Assembly: GCF_001194135.2 (NCBI RefSeq)
Contig: NC_068981.1
Coordinates: 12,232,226-12,296,225, forward strand
Length of the DNA stretch: 64,000 nt
Direction of reading: 5' to 3'
Source: Octopus bimaculoides
Taxonomy: Eukaryota
The notes beneath the pieces were generated by a model. That model saw only the letters and a list, made by a program, of their open reading frames with translations. It was not told the DNA's origin and searched no databases. The stretch's first letter is position 1. Each line of letters opens with the position of its first letter. The position numbers were made by a program, and so were the translations under genes. Positions 11,831-24,428 of this stretch are shown in pieces.

Positions 11831-12714
11831 TGCAGTGAGAATGAATTTTTTAAACCGTTAACTTAATTTCCTTTAAGTTATGGATGATTTACGTTCACTT
11901 TTAACCGCTCCATTCTTATAAACACCAAGTAGATAACTAACTCGCTTTGTGATCATGAGTGCAGCAAATCTCACGTGTACGTATGCTCACATTTTTGCGG
12001 ATGCTCGGATGAGCGAGTGTACTCGCACAATGCAGCTTGCCCCAGGGCGTTTATATTTCCGTATCTGTTAACGGCTATTTTAATACTTTTCTCGCTGGAT
12101 TGCGTGTTCGTTTCTCTTTTTGTCATCTGCGATTTTATTTTTGATCTTCTCTATGAATGAAGATATTTCATCCGTCTGGCTGTTTTTTTTCTTTCTACAA
12201 AACGGAGAGTTTCATTGCGGAACAGTCATTTTTAACGGATTGTATTTATGTATCATCCAACAAGGTAGCCCTGCACCACCGAATGCTTCTGAACCAGTTG
12301 TTGAGTATCCCAAACCAAGAGCAGTCAATGCAAGATGTATCGAAACAATTGTGATTAATACAAAATTCTCGTATAGTCAATCTTCTTTCTTTCATAGACA
12401 TGAAAATATAAATATTATTAAAATGATATTAATATCCAGCAAGAATAAAGCATCATATAAGTAGAATTATAAATATATATATATATTATATATATTATAA
12501 AAAATATTTTACTGTTATTTAATTTCTGAACGGTTTTACTGTCGTTTGTTTATGTAGTTTGATTTCTTTATCTATTAGTTTCTGCTAACATCGAGACGCG
12601 AGAAAAATTAATAACAGACAAGCGAAAATAAAATTCTGGAAGCAACCTAAAGGGAGAATATTGAGAAAGACACGAAAGTGGACGTAATATCGTAATCATG
12701 TGAAGTAAATATAA

Positions 12715-12908
12715 CAAATAATCCAGAGTCTTTGTCCGGTGCCGGATCGATCCCAACATTTAATCAATTCGTGCCAGTCACAACGCCAAACAGTCTTGAA
12801 AGTTTCATCGCAATCCATTCTGCAGTTCTTGAGATATGTTGTGCATGGGCAAACAAACAAAAAAGACACGAGTGAAAACAATATTTCGCTTTCGCTAAGA
12901 CAAGGTAA
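12715..12908 (+). mobile_element. Non-autonomous Helentron/HINE-like repeat, degenerate
   Basis: Resembles a common octopus repeat (ccggtgccggatcgatccc...gaaagtttcatc...ttgagata...aaacaaac) ending in a decayed 3' stem-loop ttcgctttcgctaagacaaggt; recognised from memory. Confidence 0.45.
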
Positions 12909-13030
12909 TATGTAAAAACAGAATGAATATATAATAAATATGGTAGAACTAAAGCAAAAATTAAATAGAATGTACGAAAGTGCAATAAACTGAAGTAAAT
13001 CTATGTATATATGCGTATATATATGTGTGC

Positions 13031-13070
<40 letters not shown>

Positions 13071-13573
13071 NNNNNNNNNNNNNNNNNNNNNNNNNNNNNN
13101 NNNNNNNNNNNNNNNNNNNNNNNNNNNNNNNNNNNNNNNNNNNNNNNNNNNNNNNNNNNNNNNNNNNNNNNNNNNNNNNNNNNNNNNNNNNNNNNNNNNN
13201 NNNNNNNNNNNNNNNNNNNNNNNNNNNNNNNNNNNNNNNNNNNNNNNNNNNNNNNNNNNNNNNNNNNNNNNNNNNNNNNNNNNNNNNNNNNNNNNNNNNN
13301 NNNNNNNNNNNNNNNNNNNNNNNNNNNNNNNNNNNNNNNNNNNNNNNNNNNNNNNNNNNNNNNNNNNNNNNNNNNNNNNNNNNNNNNNNNNNNNNNNNNN
13401 NNNNNNNNNNNNNNNNNNNNNNNNNNNNNNNNNNNNNNNNNNNNNNNNNNNNNNNNNNNNNNNNNNNNNNNNNNNNNNNNNNNNNNNNNNNNNNNNNNNN
13501 NNNNNNNNNNNNNNNNNNNNNNNNNNNNNNNNNNNNNNNNNNNNNNNNNNNNNNNNNNNNNNNNNNNNNNNNN

Positions 13574-13850
13574 CCCCTCCCTCATAAGCTCATCCCACCT
13601 CACCCCACTCCTACTCTACCTTCCCACCCCACCCCATCAAATTCCTTACACCCACTCCAACCTCTGCCTACCCACATACTCCTACCTCAACCCCCACCCT
13701 CAGCCTAACCCACACTCCACCCATGCTTTCCCCACTCTCGCCTCCCACACCTTCGCCTTCCCCACCTCTCAACACCTTCACATCACACCACACATCACTT
13801 CACAACACACACCACGCACACACTACAACTGACCAAGTCATCCCCTCCCC
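13574..13850. repeat. C/A-rich low-complexity tract (G-rich on minus strand)
   Basis: Runs of ccc/cacc beside an assembly gap. Confidence 0.8.
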
Positions 13851-13979
13851 ATTTTTTCACACCTACATACACACATACATACGTCAAGATTACCAGCATT
13901 CTCTCTCTCACACACACATACAGCTCCTCGTATTTGGGTCACCGTTTCTTTCCCCTTTTGTTATCTCCCTTTTTTCTTA

Positions 13980-14187
13980 GCTCTCCTGCGTGAAGTTTCT
14001 GGCCGACAGTCGCCATTCAATTTTTCTCTCCGTGTTTTTCTCCTTATTTTCTCCGAATTCTTCCTGTTGAAGAACGTAGCTCGAAACGTTAAAGACTTTC
14101 TCTATTCCTGAGGGTTAAATTAATACATCCTTTTGTTGTTTACACCACCTGTCCTCATCTGTGGTTGTTTTTTTCGCAAATTCTCCC

Positions 14188-14190
<3 letters not shown>
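13980..14190 (+). mobile_element. Penelope pLTR-type repeat with degenerate minimal hammerhead motif
   Basis: tTGAAGAacgtagctcGAAAC at 14067-14087. Confidence 0.55.
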
Positions 14191-14220
<30 letters not shown>

Positions 14221-17200
14221 TTATAACTACAATCACGGTTCCTAGCTCGATCATTCTCTAATATTATTATCATTTTTCTTTTATTATAAAATTGTCTAAA
14301 CTTTTATTATTAAAGGAGGTGATAATACTAAAGAAATTTTTAGATAGAGAAAAACCTATTCTAATCCTTTTATTATTAATTATTTTATAATATTTATGTT
14401 TGTATAGATATGTATATATTGGAGTTTTCTCATCTCAATATATATAATAACTTAATTTGAAAATCAATTATTAGTGGACCAATTCTGAATTGCTTCATTT
14501 TAGTGCATATTCTTGTAGTCACTGTTAAATTTATCATTGTATTAACATTTAATGTTTATTACATATCACAAATAAGATGTCTTCCTTATGCTAAATGAAT
14601 ATGTGTATAAATGCACTTATTCAATTTATTAATTAATTGATGATAATCATAATAATAATAATGATAATAAATATTTTCCTTTGACTTACTAAATAAATTT
14701 AATAACCAAAATAATAATCATTATAATATTGTATAGTTTATGAATTGTATTCTTATTACAACAATGTTGCTTGTTACTTCTGAAAGTATTAATAGAGTTT
14801 GGATATGCACTATATATGGTCCTTTAGTTTGTAAACAATAATATTGATTAGTTCATCGAGAATAGTCCTTAATACTTTTACTAAATTCTCACTTCCATAA
14901 TATACGAATTATTTAAGTAACTTCAAATCTGGTTACCCCTAAAGAATTACTCAATTTGATTTTCATTACTATAGCCTATATTTCATTACTATAGTACTAT
15001 ATGGGGTACTTTGTTTATCACATTACAGCGTTAGGTTTATACTAATGTTTATTACAGAATTCTCCCTATGATAAATTAAGTAAACAAGGGAAACTTTTAT
15101 TAGGTTTCTATTCATATCTATTACAGAATTATCCCACAGATAAACAATAAATATAGAAGATTATTATTAGTTAATTAAAACAATATTTTTTTTATATCAA
15201 TTAATTTAAATAAATAGAAAAGTTGTCGTATTGGAGATATAATTGTTTATATATTTTTTGTTACAGTTCTAGACAGGAGAAGACTTAGATACTTAATTAT
15301 ACACACATATATTTACCACTCTTATTGTTGTGGTGACGAGGGACTCACTTGGACATGAACGTGTTTCGATTGTTATGTGTTTGAGATTGTTATATATTGT
15401 AATGAATTACATGTACCGACATTATGATGGATGGGGTCTCTGAGACCCCAGAAGCAGCTGTTGCACTTATAGCACCTTTCTTCGAGCCTTTTAATTTTCT
15501 CTGTCATTTGTACACCGTGTATGTCGGACATATTAAAATTTATAACTATATATCTATACTTAAAACATCATCTAAAAGTCTACTCATTTTGCTTTGTCTT
15601 CATTTGAGAGTATGCATATCATATATACATATTTTCTATGTCTTACCCAAACTGTTATATTTAATTTATTTAATACATGTAATATATTTCATGTATCTAA
15701 TTTGTTTATCTGCATAGTTACATATGTATACATGCGTACAAACGTATAAGCGCACGTGAGTGTGAATATGGTTATATTCTAAACTAGGTCTGTCTGATTG
15801 TTGTATTGTGTTTATTCTATTCTGATCACATATTTATCTTATGTTTTATTCTCACTATGCCTTATCAGTGTATTTCATTTCCTTCTATTTAAGAAAAAAA
15901 ATGTTTTTCCCTTACTCTCTATTGCTTGGCGAGAAACAGTATGCTACACTAACAAAAACATTTTGTTAATAAAATAAGAAAAACAAAAAGAAAAAGCGAT
16001 CAATATTCCTTTCGAAAAGTCACCTGCTACGATGCATCTGCGCCTATGATGAATGAAAATGGATTGTACATCATCTCACCTGTGCATGATCAGTTGAAAT
16101 TATCGCAGTGGTTCTGAATTGAGTCTTGGGAATTCCATTTTCTCTCATAATTTTTTTAAATATAAACTCTGCGGACACAAAGGAATTTGTGAAGTAAATC
16201 AAGTGTCATATATCTTACTATTGCTGTTGACTTCACGTCGCTGCATCCTTTAGATGTGTTGTAAACGGCATACTACAAGGTGTGCAAATGATTATAAAAC
16301 TACTACTATGCATGTATGTTTATATATATTTGTGTGTGTCTATGTTAGACGAAATACTGCACTGTTCACCAATACACATATATGTTCATTGGCAATCTTA
16401 TAATGTATATGTATTTGTCTACGTGTGTTCCCGTGTGTACACGTACGTATTTGATCTACTATTTTTCAATGGTTACTGAATGTTACATATACGTTTGTGT
16501 GTGTTTGTGAGTAGGTGTGTGCATATCTAGACTTGTGCCTATGTGTGCGTGTGTGCTCGTATAATTGCTGCAGATTTAGACGGTTAAAGGGTCACTTGGC
16601 TTATTTAGAGAATTTCTTGACTCTTGCAAAAATGCTAATACCTGTGCGTTTCTCCACATATATTACATATCTCAGACACAAGTAAATAGACACATGAATA
16701 TGAGCATTCAAAGGAAAGCAGTGATTTATTCAGTAACGTCCAAAAATTAATTTCCTACAGATATGTTGTAAAATATATACGAGTAATTTACAGGATGTTT
16801 AATCATATCGAATTTAAAACCATACTTCAATGAGAAATATTTTCTTCATAAACTGAAAATATCTTGTCCTGTTACCATACATCGACACATGAATATCGTC
16901 TGAATGAATTTATAAATGTTTTATAACCCTATCCATACAATCATTTTTCTTGCAGTTAATTGAAAGGAAACGAAGAGCTTCATAGCATTTCTCTTTCCCC
17001 TCTTTTAATTCTGCATTTTGTGCACATTCTTTCCAAATGGTTAGAACTCAGTTTGCTATAATCAAACAATAATCACTCTTTTCATTCTTTCTTCAAAATT
17101 TAATTTTCTTTATTCCTCATGGATTTTAGATAATGGTGACCTTTTGTGAATTACGCTTGAGCCTTACCAATGATATGAACAATGTATGTAAAAGAAAATA

Positions 17201-19071
17201 TGCACTCGCAGTATTTCCATTTGCATCGTAGTATTCATGGTTTATTTCCTTAAAGACATAGCATTGTAATGTATGTACTTTTTGATACAGAATTTGAAAC
17301 GATTCTACTTCACCTCTGCATTGATGTCTACAGACGCTTTGAGTCTATAAAAGAAGATTATCACATTCAGTATTTTCAACATACACAGGTAAGTAGTCGG
17401 AGATGCGAATATTAAATGATGTAGGAGATAACATGCTGGAAAGCAATATGCAATACGTATTTCTCATTATTTCTTAACACTTATGTTCATATCACATAGT
17501 TACTAACAAAATATATAATTTATGATCATTTATTCGCGCTACGCGGAGAAATTACTCAGCATATAGTTCTTTTCATATTACGTTATATTTGCTACACCTT
17601 GATAATGTCATGCGCATTTCATAGAAACCAAACTTTATAATTAGCGTTTGGAGATTACAACACTATTTCCTTGTTGAATGTCAAATTGAATTTGTAATAG
17701 ACCGTGGATATAACTGAAATAGCCGCTCGTGTAGAAGAATTTGTTAAGTTAACATTTTACTAGTGTAAAGAATCAATAATGAACATCAGTGTTAATGTGC
17801 ACATACGGGTTTCTACATACATTTTATAGTATGTATTCAGAGTACGATTATCTTCAATCATCCTCCTTTCAGTATATTACAACTGGTGCAGTACTGATAT
17901 GGTACTGATGATCAGCAGACTCTAAAATATTAAAGAAAGAGACGTTTCTATAAAAAACAATTCCCGAGCATCAATAGGCACTACAAAGCATAACTTCATA
18001 TTAATAAAATAAATTTGTAAATATAATTATTGCTGAAGTCCCTTCCGTAACTGAGTAGAGTGCTTCATCAAGCAGAAATATGTTGAGTTGCCCCGCTATT
18101 TAGTAATTAAGAGACACATGAGTATAATTATTTTATAGTTTAGCAATTAGGCTATTAATTATTTGACAATTTTTGCACATGACTCCAGTTTTCAAGAAGC
18201 ATCAAAACTTTCCCCTACCAATCCGATATAAATCAATTACGGTTTTCAATTTCACAATTCAACAGTATGCACAACCCTTAACGGATCCAAAGCTGTTGTT
18301 TTATCGATCGGAAGTTGTGTACATGCACACACGGCTTATAGTACAGGCGGTAATTTATGACCTCTTTCCCATCGAAAATGGTGATACGAGATATTCATTG
18401 AGAATTGATAGATCTTTAGTTGCGAATATTTCAATAACCTCTGGAATTTAGAAGCATTTAATGAACATAAAATACAAAACACTATTAATGATAATCATAA
18501 CCTGTATACTTGGAAGTTTGATCTAATAGCACGCTGCATGAAAATGTTATGAATTAAGAGCAATTGATATCTAATTGGTGAGTCGGCATCATATCTTATG
18601 AATAATCTTGACACAATCCTTGGAAATATTTTTTGGTATCAATGGTAGGAGAGTCATTTTATTTTAAAATTGGTCTGATACGAATTTGTAGGTGTAAAGA
18701 AGATTCGAGATTTACAGTGAAACTGCGTATAATACAGAGCAAACATGCAGTTGATATTTATTAGCTGTTTTAGATGTAAAACTTCCTTCGTCATCGGTGT
18801 TATTTGCTGTTTTTAAGCATCAGACGTTAGATATACAAACATATATCGATGAAATTAGCAGAAGAATTGATATTAAAAATATATTATGAACGAATGTCAT
18901 CCTTGTGTCATAGGAATACAAATATTTTTCAGGAGAATACGCGGTAACATTTGCAGTAGGGATCGCGTGAAATGGTTTGTTACTAAGAGTAAAGACATGT
19001 ACAAGTCTCCGCTTGATGAACATGCAGCAAACGTTCAGTGAAGCACTGACTTGATAGTGAATAAACATATT

Positions 19072-19286
19072 CTTTTCTACTCTAAGCACAAGGCTCGGAA
19101 TTTTGGGAGAAGTAGGGCAGTCGATTAGATCGACCCCAGTACACAATTGGTACTTAATTTATCGACCCCGAAACGATGAAAGGCAAAGTCGACCTCGGCG
19201 GAATTTGAACTCAGAACATAAAGGCAGACGAAATACCGTTAGGCATTTCGCCCGGCGTGCTAACGTTTCATCCAGCTCGCCACCTT
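19072..19286 (-). mobile_element. tRNA-derived octopus SINE with perfect 15-bp TSD
   Basis: Minus strand ggcgagctgg..gttagc (A-box-like) and gagttcaaattcc (B box); TSD gtgaataaacatatt at 19057-19071 and 19287-19301. Confidence 0.9.
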
Positions 19287-20115
19287 GTGAATAAACATAT
19301 TATAAGAGGAATGCTGTGTTGCGAAGGCAAATTACATCGTAATCTTACATGACACAGACTCAACTTAAGTCATCACCAATAAAAGAAGAAATGTCTGGCA
19401 TAGAGTATAAAATCAAGTTACACAGAAAAGTGGATGTACACATATACATATACGTATCAGCCCACCCACCCCCACACAAATACATAGATACATAGATACA
19501 TACATGCATACATACATACATACATCCATCCATCCATCCATACATACATATAAACATACATGTATGGATACATACACACATACACACACACATACACACA
19601 CACACACACACAGAGGTTATCATACATTTTATAGTCAATGATCATTATTAAATCTAAGAAGCTCATTGATCTTCTCTGATTGAGATTATAGATTTTTACA
19701 AAATGCAGACAACTACAATTTTCTACAATCGAACTAGAGAACTCCACTCTCTTCCGATTAGAAATATAGATTTACATACCTGAATATTTTCTCTACAAAT
19801 TAACTCCCATTAAACATTGTTAATTCCAATTCTAACAAGCTAAAGAAGACAAATCTTCTCACGCTTTCTTCAAAAAAGTTTTTTTCTCGTTCATTTCTTG
19901 TTTCTCTTCTTTTCCTTTCTTTCCTTTATTCTCATTTTTACTTGCCTCATCTCAAAGAGCAGCCATATTCATATATCTATATTGAATGAGGGTGAATTTT
20001 AGTAGTTCACACCTTGTGTTTATCGAATAATATCGTTATATGTATCTTTGTATGTATCTATGTGTCTACACACACATACACATATGTACTAATACATACC
20101 ATACACACACACACT

Positions 20116-20168
<53 letters not shown>

Positions 20169-20269
20169 GTATATATATATATAGATATAGATATATATAT
20201 AATTACGATTTAGTTGAAGTTAGATGAATAAAAATCAAATAAGTAACAACGATATATTTCAATATTTAA

Positions 20270-20460
20270 GAGATTTGGAATTATGTATATTATTTACATT
20301 ATTTACATTATTTACATTTGACGTATATTTGTCTTAGGGATGAGAACCCAGATTCGAAATTTCCCCAAGATACTTGATGAAGGCTGGAGAGTATATCAGC
20401 CAAAATGTTGTGTTAACAACAAACAAGGTGAGGACAAATATCCGTCAAATGTCCTCTGTC
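20270..20460 (+). mobile_element. Penelope pLTR-type repeat with two tandem hammerhead-like motifs
   Basis: GATGA-gaac-ccag-attc-GAAA (20339) and TGATGA-aggctg...cagcc-AAAA (20375). Confidence 0.55.
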
Positions 20461-21022
20461 ACTCTAAATTGTAATAGGCTTTATATATACATTTTTATCC
20501 TAAATTAATTCTTCCACAAAACGTGTAAATTCAAACAATGAAATTATTTTAGTCTCATGTACTGATGAAATTATACTAAAAAATAATGGTTTATCCTTTA
20601 TGATTAAAATATATGTTGTCGTCCGGGTCCGAGGAGAGCGGATTATTTGAAACTGATGTAATGATTTCATTGATCGATTAAATGGAGCCGTTTGAAATGA
20701 CCGTAATTCACTGATACCTGCACATCTTTGTTACTTATTTGCATNNNNNNNNNNNNNNNNNNNNNNNNNNNNNNNNNNNNNNNNNNNNNNNNNNNNNNNN
20801 NNNNNNNNNNNNNNNNNNNNNNNNNNNNNNNNNNNNNNNNNNNNNNNNNNNNNNNNNNNNNNNNNNNNNNNNNNNNNNNNNNNNNNNNNNNNNNNNNNNN
20901 NNNNNNNNNNNNNNNNNNNNNNNNNNNNNNNNNNNNNNNNNNNNNNNNNNNNNNNNNNNNNNNNNNNNNNNNNNNNNNNNNNNNNNNNNNNNNNNNNNNN
21001 NNNNNNNNNNNNNNNNNNNNNN

Positions 21023-21065
<43 letters not shown>

Positions 21066-21109
21066 CATACAAATATACATATATACTCTATATATACACA
21101 CACACACAC

Positions 21110-21560
21110 AGAGGAATTTGAGTCATAATATTTGAATTCAACTAATCTGGTGGTATTCATAGAGTCAACAACCAGAGACGTACATTTACTATACCCTACG
21201 GACTCCACAAAATATCTTCCATTCAATTCGTGCCATCCGAGGCATATCAGAATGACACTTGCAACCTAACCAATAGGCTTTGTACAATAGAATGTGACAC
21301 AAACATCCGTGACATAAGAACCCAACATTGAACTACATTCTTCTTATTAGGAATTACTCGCTTACCTTAACCGATAATGTAATTCAACGAGCCCAGAAAT
21401 TTAGTATCGAGGAACTTATAAAATCAATACTAAGAAATAACTCGAAAGCAATGTTCCTTTCCTACATCGCCACTTACATTGTCAGAAACAATGAGGTCTA
21501 TAACATCATGTTCCATAACATAATTAAAATAGACCCCTGGATGAACCAAATCCTCCAGAG
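21110..21560 (+). mobile_element. Penelope RT C-terminal fragment
   Basis: PTDSTKYLPFNSCHPRHI and LLIRNYSLTLTDNVIQRA. Confidence 0.75.
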
Positions 21561-21920
21561 TTACACCACCAGAAAGAGTAAAAGACAATCAAAAGATAAA
21601 CGAAAAAAATACTAACACAGTTTAAACTCCATACAACAAAACACAAGCAAAAAATGATCCACTCTTATAAGACACACGTGTTATATGTCTTAACTTGATA
21701 TAAGGATCAGAGATCCGTATTAACCGGGCAGTTTATTTGAGTAAATTAATCGAGGCATCTGAAAGTCTAATCTATGAACTATGCATTTCGTCAAATTGCA
21801 TATTAACAGTCGGGAATAAAACAATATATAACTCAGTGATCATATAAACATATGCAGGTATGAAATAACGCAACTGGCTCTGACATCTATACATCATATC
21901 AATATTAACATCAGTATGTG

Positions 21921-22135
21921 ACGGGGAATGGCAGAATAGTTAGCACGCAAGGCAACATGCTTAGCCGTATATCATCCATCAAATTCTGAGATCAAATTCC
22001 GACGAGGTCAGCTTTGCATTTCATCATTACGTTTTCGATTAAAAAACAAAAATTAAAAAAAATACGACCTGAGCATTGCGGTCGGTGTATTTGACTTAAA
22101 CCGACCCTCAAAATTGCTAACATCGTGCCAAAATT
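21921..22135 (+). mobile_element. tRNA-derived SINE, same family as 19072-19286, more diverged
   Basis: tggcagaatagttagcacg...gagatcaaattccgacgagg head. Confidence 0.8.
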
Positions 22136-22343
22136 TGATGCAAAATTTAACATCAATAACTTCTCGCATCAATAAAAAAATCAATATATGTAGCAGTACA
22201 AATTCGCAAATGTAATGTGGGATATCGAATTGTAAGAGTCTAGCTACGACCTACTTGCCTCTGAAAAAAAGAAAATGTAAGACTGGCAACACGTTATTTA
22301 GAAAGAAACTAGCAATAAATATAATAATATTACATAAATTGTT

Positions 22344-22710
22344 ACTTACATTTGAAAAACAACCTCGAACACAGGCGCTACTTCTGGATCTCAAAAGTCC
22401 CGCTAAGGATCCGTCGAATTTTATTTTGTGAGGCTGATTACTAAATCATGGTTGGAGATGAAGGAAATACATTCGCCAATAAGGAAATCAAAAAAAGTCT
22501 TTATATGTTAGTGTTATTGTAATCAGAATGATACACGATGAACGATATTCTGAGATAGATATACGTGAGGTAAATTTTGCAAGATGCACTCGCATCAATA
22601 TACATGTAATTGTATTGTTTCTTTCTTATAAGACTAGCGATAGGACGTGGTATATCTGATTGTTTGTTATCAGTATAAGCAGCTGTCTCGCAATGCAAAA
22701 TATAGGTAAT
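22344..22710 (-). promoter_or_regulatory. Candidate 5' non-coding exon, donor site and promoter block of paralogue 1
   Basis: Minus-strand donor tttttcaaat|gtaagt at 22349; the block is homologous to 56281-56670 upstream of paralogue 2. Confidence 0.6.
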
Positions 22711-22849
22711 TTGTTTACATAAAATCTACATCCTACATTTTGTTCAAATGAGTTTCAAATATAATGTTCTGTAGCATGTGTCACGTATCTAAATACGTTG
22801 TCCCGGAAAAGAAATATGTTATCAAAGTTTGCTTGGAAATATATTGATT

Positions 22850-23075
22850 CGTAGCCGAGATATAACATTTCAAACAAAAGCGCTCATTTTACAAGTTTAA
22901 ATCAATTTTAAATCAAATACTAATTATTGGGGGTACTGGGATATATAACTCACGGCATAATTACCATTCGTCAGAGATGAAGCTTTTCAAAAGCAGAAAG
23001 GAAAAAACTGACTCGAAGACTACAAATCCAAGCCATCACTGGAGCTGAAGAAAATCTGTAAAACTTTCCAGAAGT
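22850..23075 (+). mobile_element. RLE-type (R4-like) LINE extreme 3' end
   Basis: SKAERKKLTRRLQIQAITG..KICKTFQKF-like C-terminus. Confidence 0.6.
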
Positions 23076-23328
23076 TTATCATTTACGTATATAAGTGCAT
23101 GTTTGATATGCATCTATATCCATCAGAATACATACATAAAACAAAACATACAAATAGGCGTATACACTACCTCTTCACATATACACACATGCATGCAAAA
23201 ATGCTATTTTTGCCTATGAATAAACATTGGATCAATGTTTATAACCGACACTTTTTGTATTGGCAAGAAGTCTTAGAATAAAACTGAAGAATGACATACA
23301 TACATACATACATACATATATTCATACA

Positions 23329-23362
<34 letters not shown>

Positions 23363-23559
23363 CATATATACATACATATGTATGTCTAATTCCTCATCTT
23401 AGGACTCAAAGCCTCATATGTCCACACACATTTAAATCTGCTCGCTGGCGATGCGAATTCTACTATCAAATTAACAATAATATAACCATCTATGTGCCTA
23501 AACATAATATCATATTACTCACAATTTATGTTGCACATCGTCTGACATTATATATTGCG

Positions 23560-24010
23560 TCATAATCAAATTGCGTGACCTCCTTCACACAGGGTAAACA
23601 GGCTGCTGCCTTGCTGATTCCCTTCGGGAACATATACTAAGCATACTTCTATGGCCAACCTGTCGCCAATCACTTCAGCGTTATAGGTGATTGTATCACG
23701 CATTTACCACTCAAGGAAATGGAGGGAACAACGTTTTACTTTCGAAGGCGATATCATATCAACGACATATTTCGCTCTCGACCTTTCCTGTTATTCCTCA
23801 TTCCATCCTATTCCCATCTTCGTTCCTAGTTTGATTATTCTGTTAAGTTCCTCTCATCTATGAAGCTGACGTATTCTTGCGATACTTGCCAATTGCATTT
23901 TTTTTTTTTAATCAGTGGCTATACCACATGCTGTGTATCATTAACGTCTCTCCTTTTAATTGTCCTCCTGAACGAGGACTATGTCCCAAACGTTGAAACT
24001 TCTACTGCTC
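23560..24010 (+). mobile_element. Penelope GIY-YIG 3' fragment plus pLTR
   Basis: TG*TGCCLADSLREH, QPVANHFS; downstream ctgaacgaggactatgtcccaaac hammerhead-like motif. Confidence 0.7.
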
Positions 24011-24109
24011 ACGGTAAGCACACAGTAGTCTTTTCATCAATTTTATTACATAATGTGTTGCAGATGCTGTACACCAGGATTATTGGCAATTGCGTAATTA
24101 TATATAGAG

Positions 24110-24330
24110 AGAAACACACACATATTTTTTTCATTTTCTTTCAAAATGAAACCACATGTGAATCGTTGGCGATTTTTTTCCTCTGCCTTCCTTTTCAGTT
24201 GTACTTTCCTCCGTTTCTGAAGAAGAGCTTTGCTAGAAACTTTAAACCATGATTCTTCCCTTCCTTGAGCCTCTCCTAATACTTCACATGTACCACGTCC
24301 TTGCGTTGTTGTTTTTTGTGTTTGTTCTTC
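24110..24330 (+). mobile_element. Penelope pLTR-type repeat
   Basis: CTGAAGAagagctttgctaGAAAC at 24217-24240. Confidence 0.55.
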
Positions 24331-24356
24331 GTTTTTTTGGTGGGGGGGGGATTTTC

Positions 24357-24428
<72 letters not shown>

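Noticed and set aside
14400-15400. Very degenerate AT-rich Penelope-like tract; a similar unassignable stretch at 51960-53470
   Set aside because: Too decayed to support a call
15432-15450. Perfect palindrome tggggtctc-t-gagacccca
   Set aside because: Only a 9-bp stem, with no element boundaries or other support
19190-19286. tRNA-like A/B boxes here and at 21921 and 56882
   Set aside because: SINE heads followed by SINE bodies; no cloverleaf
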